Shown here: one piece after another, positions 19,701 to 28,700 of the stretch
Position numbering within the stretch: position 1 is the first letter of the stretch
How the letters are laid out: each line of letters starts with the position of its first letter
IMG/VR virus record: IMGVR_UViG_3300006752_004097
Coordinates: 5,607-69,606 of that record
Length of the DNA: 64,000 bases
Direction: 5' to 3' (one strand)
Origin: a virus
The notes under the pieces: model-generated
Told to the model about the DNA's origin: nothing
Seen by the model: only the letters and a program-made list of their open reading frames with translations
Database searches by the model: none
Program-made: the position numbers and the translations under genes

Positions 19701-22700
19701 GTTTGAGTTGCCTATAATTGCACTTGCTTTACCAACTGTGCCACCGTCTGCTACTGTACCGTTAAGTACTATTGTGGGTGCGGACACATACCCCTGGCCC
19801 GCATTGTCTATTTTAATTTCTGTAATTTTTCCACCACCAACGTATGCTGTTGCTTTGGCTCCTGTTCCGCCACCGCCAACAAACTCTACACCCGGTGCAT
19901 TTTCATATCCTGTACCTGCATCAAAAATATCTACTGATTTGATATTAAAACTTGCATTGTCTTTCCAATGCTTACCTGGATAAGTGTCTAAAGGTAATGC
20001 TGATTGTAATTGATCGTCAACTACTCTAACTGTCTGTGGAATAATTTTTCCTGCAACATCGCTGTATACTGGAGGTAAATCAAAGTCAGTAACCATAGAT
20101 GATGCTGTGTCTTTACCTTCGTATGTACTTAGGTATTCTCTAATCTTAGATTTATATGGTTTAACTTCTTTTACATATTCTTCATAACTTTCTAAGAAGT
20201 CATTATTAAATGTAATATCTTTTCTTAGTGAACCAATATTATGTTTTGCTTTGATAAACGATGTTTTAAACATCCAATCAACAAATTTTTGTTCTGATAA
20301 AATGTAACGCATTTGTGCAAAGAACAATTTATTGTAATCAATAGCAAGTTCGTCAACAAATATTTTATCTCTTAATGCTTTTAAGATAATACGCATTTCA
20401 TCAATTGGTTGTAAGTCAAATGCACTGTCGTCATAACCAAATGAATCGTAACCAATTAGTTCTCCGCTGTAATCATACAGTGACTTATCTAATTCTATTG
20501 TTGCATTTTGTCTACCAATAGTTTTATAGTTAACTGTATAGTCTACATTTGCTTGTGAATCTACTTTTTCTAACAGTAACCAACCGCCTGAGCCAACATT
20601 ATTAATCTTAACAATACTACCAAACGTGTCTTGTAGTGATTCTAACTTATAAGTTTCGTCAATAACATAGTCTGCTTTTGTTAAAGAATTATAACCTGTA
20701 GCATACCAGTCAATGTAACTCCAATAAGGTTGTACATCATATCTTTGACTCTTAATTCTATTCCAAATTACTGTACCGCCAACATATTCATATAATGACC
20801 ATTTGTTTTCGTATGTTGTGTCAGTTGTTGTAAGAACTGTAAATGGTCTTATTCTAATAGTATCTGTTTGTGCATAGTTAGTACCACTTTTAACAACTGT
20901 TGCACCTGTAATCTGTCCTACGTTGTTCATTGTAAGAGTAACTTCAGCCCCTGTACCTGATACTGTTGTAATTGCTACTGTTGGTACTGTTTTGTAACCG
21001 TATCCTTGTTCAGTAACGTCTGCTCTTAGCACTTGTCCGTCTTGAATTGTTAAACTAACTGTTGCTTGTTTAAGTCTACCTACTGGTACAAACTGTAATT
21101 CGCTATCATTGTCAATTTGTCTATCAAATTTTCTTGATGCTATTGTTGGAATAGGATCATTAGTTTCTAAATCACTTAAATCAAAGTCGTCAATTAAGAT
21201 TTTTTGTTTTAGTGAGATGTTAACTCGTTCAACAAGTTGTTTTAATGCTTCAATCCTGTTAACAAACATTGTTTGTCTTGGCTCATTAAGAATACCGTAC
21301 CTATCTTTTTCAGTTAACTCTCTGGCTGGTACTGGTCTTCCTTGCTCGTCAAATCCAATTAAACTATCAAACCATTTACGTTCTAAATCTGTTTTAGGAA
21401 CACTTGTTTCTAACCCGTCTGTAATAATCTTGTATTGATTGTGTACATTTTTATCAGTTTCTTCAATATTCCAATATGCAAATTTAAGAATAGTGTCATC
21501 ACCTGTAATAGAACTTTGTAAGTTATGTAATGTCCATTCGTTCTTATCAAGCATTGTTGCAAATTTTAGTCCTGCGCCTGATGGATCTCTAATTAACTCT
21601 TGTACATCAGCGGCACTAATTGTTCTTCCTGGTACATCTGGTGTTGTTTTCTTATTACGTACCCAGTAGTAATAATAAAGTGTAAATTTTTGTGCTTGGT
21701 CGTCATAAACACGTCTTGAACTATAAGCATTGTCGCCGTATTTCGATGTACCACTAATTCCTTCTGCTAATCCTGATTCAGTATCCGCTTGTTCGTCCCA
21801 TTCACTTGGTAATAAATCACTTTCTACCCATTCGTAAATTTCAACTTCTGTTCCTGGGAACACTGAATTCATTGTATTACTTGTAGTGAAAATATTTCCT
21901 GTGTTACTGTACGGATTAATAAATCTTACAGCATCAATATCCCACCATAATTTACCAACATTGTTTGTTGTGTCAAACATTGTTTCGTCTTTTACAACTG
22001 TTGTATCAGTTGCTATATTATATGTTGAAGGATCATATGTTGTTTTAAATGTTAACTCTGTTTCAGCCGTTCCTGCAATTTTTCCTTGTGCTGGATCAAT
22101 GTAATCAAGATATTCAGTAACCTGATTTGTATTTTTATTGTATAAACTAATACCTTTAAATCTACTAAGGTCAACTAACGGTCTTTCAGCTCTAATTTTT
22201 TCCCATAATTTAGTATTAGGAGTTGATCTATAATCTAATATAGTTCCTTTGCTGTCGTTATCATCTCTACTATATGTTGGTATACCAACATAAATGTGGT
22301 TACCGTTGATGAACATTGTTCTACCAAAGTATAATGCTTTGCTATCTGCAAATTCTAACTTGTCTGCATACACATATCTGTTACCTAACAGTTCATAAAG
22401 GAATACTTCACCAGTATCAATAAGTGATGTATTGAATAATGTAGTTCCGTTATCAAATGCTGTTATGCCGCCGTCAAATCCTGTAATACTTGTAAGGTCA
22501 CCACCTGCTGAATGTACTGCAATTCTATCAGTTCCGTACTTAACAACTGATCCAAACTTCTCGTTTGCAATTCCTTGTGGACCAACCAAGTGTTGTACTT
22601 GTTGGAATGTACCATTAATGCTTTCGTAAATGAATACTGTACCTTGATTTACATAATCAGCACTATATTTAGGAGCACCTACTGCAACAAATCTACCATC

Positions 22701-25700
22701 ATTGGAAACTGTTACTGAACTTCCGTAGCCAATGCCGTCTGCGTATGCATCAATTACTTGACTGAATAAAAAGTGTCCTAATACTTTTCTATAAATTGCT
22801 AACTTAGGTGTATTAATGGAACTATCTACAGCATCTCCGTACTTAACAATAGTTGCTAATACTTCTCCGTCACTGCTGATTCCAAATTGTGTACCAAATT
22901 CATATAAATTATTATCTTGTATTGCACTGTCGTCACCAATAATAAAGCCTGTGTCGTTTGGTAAGTATCCATTCAGATCAAGACCTTCAGTGATTGCTGT
23001 CCAATTAGATTCATTCCACGCACCTGCAATAATATTTGTTTGTGCTTGCCAAATTTGTTCAAGATATTTTACATACTCGCCGGTTTTATAAGTTACAGTT
23101 GTACTGAAATCACCTTTGTAGTCTACATCTTGTCCTAAAATCCAACCTTTTGTTTTGTCGTATTTTATAACATTAATTCTACCTGGTTGTGCAAACGTTC
23201 CGTTACCTTTGCTTAACAAGTATGCAGTATAAGTTCCATCATTGTGTGTAACCATTTCAACTGATGCACCTAAATGTCTACTACTTGCCGCATCTGGCAT
23301 AATGTAAATGTTATGTAAATTATAGAAGTTACTTGCATTTCTTTCGTAGATAGCATATGCACCTTGTCTTGTTAATGCACTTGCTGTACCAGATGAGTTT
23401 GCAGTAATATTGTAAACTCTTTCCCAGTCGTTATTAGTATTACCTGGAGGATTTGCATCTCTTGGAATACCTGACTGTTCTACACTGTCAAAAATCCAGT
23501 ATTCAAACCCTTGTAATGTTCTTGTTGAACCTGGTGTTAAGTTTGTTCCTCTATCTACAACAATAATTGGACCTGCTGTATTTGATTCTAAATGTCTTGT
23601 GTTAATTGTACCCATGAGTCTTACAACGCCTACGCCTTGTGACCCACCGTCAATGCTTATACTTGTAATGTCGCTGTTATCTGAACCAAACTTCCAAGTA
23701 CCGTTAACATTTTTAACCCATAGTCTGCAAGTATTAAACAGTTTTTCTACTCCTGCAACTTCTGCCGTTGCAAGTGTGTCGTTGTCTTGTACTGTATCTC
23801 CAACAATAGGAATAAAAGGATTACCGTAATTAGGGTTGAAGTCAGCATCACCTGGTGTTGGCGAACCTCTATCATCAAATGCTGTAAGATTTACTTCAAT
23901 CCAACCGTTCCAAATATCATCAATAGTATGTTCTGTTCTGTTTAGATAGTCGTGTGTTATCTCTGGACTTATTACAGCCGGATCTTGAATTAAATTATCA
24001 GCAGTTGCATATTCATTAAAGAAGAAGTTAAATGTATTTCCTATTACAAGACTACTTGTTAAAGTTGCTGGTGCTCTAAATACCCATTTGTCAGAAAGTA
24101 CATTACCACTATCACCTAAGAATGATAAAGTTTCAATATAACTTGTTACTGTAGGATTCTGGTCTGTTAAATCATCTTGAATTCTAAGTGCATTTTCGTA
24201 ATATTTTACACTACGTGATACACCTGTTTTAATAATGTCTTGAATAACAAGGTATGGTTTAGTTTCAATAGTAGTTGTTGAAGTGAAACTTGAACTCGGT
24301 CCGTCAATTTGCCACCAACCGCCTAATACATTTTCTTCTTGTTGTACTGCTCTTTCAAATGCACCTATTTGAATATCACCAACAAATAATGTACCTGTTG
24401 ACTCAAACAATCCGTTTACATCTTTAACATAAATTAAACTTCTATTATCACCTGTAATGTTTACTTTAGTAACAACTGCAACTGCTGTTGCACTACTAAT
24501 TGTTTCTCCTACACTTGGAATAGCCTGTGTATTGTCAATTAATAATATATCATCAATTTTTTCTACAATAGCATGTTCGCCATCTAAAAACGCTTTAGTC
24601 ATTAATGGATCATTGTTGAACGGTGTTACACCACCTGGATATCTTGTGTTAACATCATTCCATAGTAGTTGTAACTTATCACCTACTTCTGTTCCATCGT
24701 ATTGTCCTTTAGGTGCTCTAATTAACATGTGATCTGTTAATTCTTCAGGGAAACTAAAATTACCTCTTAATATAAAGTATAAGTTGCTGTACACATTATT
24801 TTCTAATGTACTAACAAGTGCTTGTAAATGCGAGTTAAATGTTTGATATTCTAAACTTAAATCTTGTGGCTCAACTGTTGTTTTTGCTTTCCAGTACTGG
24901 TTTGTAAATTTTACAATATCTTGTTGTACGTAAGTGGTAGCACTATTAAAGTCGCCTTTGTAAAAGGACTTAACATTAGAAGCATACGGAATACCAACAA
25001 CTAACCATTTACCGTCTGTGGAAATATTTGTACTTTGACCGAAACTGTTTAACCCAGCAGTCATAAAGTCTGTTGGAGCCTCAAGTATTTGAGATTGTAC
25101 AGCCTTAAGATTTTCTGATGCTCTAAAGTAAATGTCTACTCTACCATTTGTTGAGTCTTCACTCGATGGTACACCAATTGGAATAATGCTGTTAGTTGCA
25201 TTTGCACTAATACTTGTTCCAAAGTCTCTATCGTCAGTACCTAAAATACCTTCAATACTGTTACTAAACATTTGTTGCGTTTGTGCATATTTGTTTTTAT
25301 TTTCTACAACTGCCCATCTGCCATTTTCGTCTTTGTCAACCCAAACTCTTTCGTTGTTGCTAACATTGTCTCTTGTAATTTTTTCATTAACGCCATTAAG
25401 ATCAGCAACCCTTACACTGTTTAACTGTGTAATGAATCCTGAAATCTCTGGTAAGTCTGGTTGTTCTACTGATGTTGTAGCAAAGATAGTATTAAGACTT
25501 GTTCTTTGAACTTTAAAGAATCTATCTACATCACCTGTACCAAGCACACTAATAATATCGTCTTTTACGAACGGAGGTGCTTTACCTGTTGTAATCTCTA
25601 TCATACCCGAACTATCCGAGTTTACAATAGAACTTACTTTGAATGGTGTTTCAGTTTGGCGCAAGACATCCCATGTTTGGCCTTTTTTAGCAACCCAAAT

Positions 25701-28700
25701 ATATTTTCCTACATCTATTGTGTTAGGATCAAGTCCAAGTATATCATCATAGTTTGTAACTTTAAATTCAGCATCTGCGTCAGCAACATAACCTGCTGTC
25801 TTGATATATGAATCATCTTCCGGAATATATTTTGTTGGGAACGGAGCATGATCGTAATCGTCTGGTTTACTGTATACCTCTGATGGCTCATATCTGTAAA
25901 CAAGATCAGTTAACAACGGATCAATGCTTGGTACTAATTGAAACGGTTGTGGACTTAATCTAAACTTGCCTTCGTCCAGTTTATATTCAATTTCTTCAAA
26001 GCCACCGTTGGCTCCATATTGGCCAACTTTAAATGCCCACTCTTCAAAAAATTCTAAACTTGAGTTTTCTGTATTTGATAAAGCATCAAACAATTTACTT
26101 AATGAATTTACTGTTCCTTTATCTTGGATATATCCTTGATAGAATTTGTACTGTGAAACATCATCATTAATAATGTTTTCAATATACTTACGTTTCTGAT
26201 AACCTGTTAAGTGTTGTGCAATTCGTTGCTGTTCACTGTCAAAGTTATCTGTATCTAAATCATAAAAGTCTGCAAATTGATTTGCTTTATAATCTAAGTT
26301 TGGTACAAGTTCTGCTGTAGGTTTTTCAGGTAATTTATACCAGTCTGTTTCATCAAAGTTTGTAGAACCTGGAATTTTATATTTTGCACTATAATAAAAT
26401 GTTTTATATAGAACTACTGAAGCAATATCATAATCTACATTTTCTTCCCAATCTTTACACACAACATTATCGTATGTAAACCCAGGAATATTTAAACCAC
26501 CATTCCAATCAGTACTTCTGTAACCTAATATTTTAATACGTGCTTGTCTGTATCCAGGACCTGGATTATAAATTGTGTCATTGAATACTGTTACGTTGTC
26601 AATTAAACAAACATGTTCTTTTTGTACAAGTGGTAATTTTAAAAAGTAAATTCCGTCAGCAGTGTTTTTAAGTTTTAATCCAAAATTGTTTTGATTACTA
26701 CGTAATGTATTTGTAAATTCTTCTTTAAGTTTGCCGCCGTCTGCTTTTAATAACGTATAGTCATAAAAGTTATCAAAGATATTATCTACTACTGAATATG
26801 GTCTGCTAAACTGTAGATTAATAGCACTTGGACTTAGAGTAAGTAATGCTCCTTCACTCCAGTTTTGTGTAGTCCAGAATAAAAATTCTCTTGCACTTAA
26901 TTCCCAGTTTTCAATTGTTTCAAGTTCTCTATTAAATCCACTAAAGTCAAAGCCTTGTTTTATTAAGTACTGTTCGTAACCTAATATAAAGTCAATAACG
27001 TCTTGAGTAGTTCTTAGCATTGTACCGTAATTCAATTTACTTGGAGTACTGTCAAATGCTCGTCTTAGAATTCCTTCTCTGCCACCTTCCATTGGAAGTT
27101 CAGCAAGTTTAACAAAATTTTCATCTGTAATAGTTTGGAAACTTCCTGAATTTTGTACACGGAAAAAGTTAGTAGAAACTCGTATAATTTGTCCTGCTTG
27201 GTAACGTTCTCCTGGTACCCATTCTAAGAAGTTTTCACTAACACCACCTACGTTAACAACTGGGTCAGCGGAACGTTCAATGTGTTTGTAATAGTCAAAG
27301 TATGGTTTGCTTTTGTCATAACCTTTAACAACAAATCCTGCTGTACGTTTTTCAATAATTACACCACTGTAAGAAACAGTGTCAACTGGAGAACTTGTGT
27401 TTAGAATAATTTTATAATTTTCTTCTGGTACAAAAACGTTTCCTTTATTATTAGGAGTTCTTGAATCAAGTAATAACTTGAATTTATCTTTTTCAGTAAA
27501 GCCACCTATCTTAAATCCAAGTTGTACTTTAAGGCTCTTAATGTTCTCTTTATACGCTTTGTTAAGTTTAGTTACGTCTGCATTAATATAGTTGAAAATA
27601 TAGTTAATTAGACCCGCTGTAGTTACACGAGTAGTATCATCTACGGTGTTAGGGAATACTAAATTCTTAGGTTCTAAACGTTTTTCACTTGACGAATAAA
27701 CAATGCCGCCTGCTGGGTTACGTTTAATTCTTGCTCTATCAAATCCAACACCTATTACCTTAGCAGGTTGATGAATTAAAAATGCTGTTAGTAATGCAAA
27801 TGGATATTCTGCACTTCTGCGCCATGCAGTTTCTACAGGAGATTCGTCACCAAATACAAATGAGTTATTTGTTTCAGGAACAATAAGTCCTTGTGCATAT
27901 CCACATTCATATGGACTTATTAAATTACCTTGTGTGTCTACAGGAATATATTTTGTTAAATCTTTTCTCTTATAATTTGTTTTGTATCTAATAGGATTAT
28001 TAGGCTCACGTACTAAACCTTTCTCAAGGTCTTCCCAAAGAATTAAATTTTCTTTTGTGTACGGTGCTGGGCCATATACTGTTTCCCACCAAGTTGGTTG
28101 ATCTATGTATCCTAAAACTTTCCATGGAGTTGTGTGCGGAGTATCTGTACTTAGATACTCTTTATAAATTGCTCTCCAATATCCTGGTAACGGTATTCCG
28201 TCTGGATCAGACATTATAGAATAATTCCATGTAAATGAATTTGCTCTATCGTAGAATGATATATCTGTGTAGTCAGGATCACCTGCAATGCTTAACCATT
28301 CAACAAAGTCAGTAATAGTAACTTCGTCTGCATCAAGTTTTGTAAATCCTGTGTCTCTTGTTTTATGCCCAAGGAAACTGTCAATATCAAATATGTTAAT
28401 ATCGTAACTTACTTTAACATTGTTATAAATTCTTTTTTCAATTTCTAAAAGAATATCATCTCTATAATCTTCGTATGCTTTAGTAACACTACCATCATGT
28501 CCTTTAATAAGCACACGCGGTGTACTATATGTGTTGTCAGTAAATATTACTGGTTTGTGTAACGGATACAATCCTAACTTTGTTGGTGTAGGTGGAATAA
28601 ACGAAGCATCTGTTGATTCGTATTCGTAAATTGTAATAGTGTCATCTATAGCAAGAACAAAATCATTAGTAATTTGAATAAAGCCTTCTGTTGTAAATGT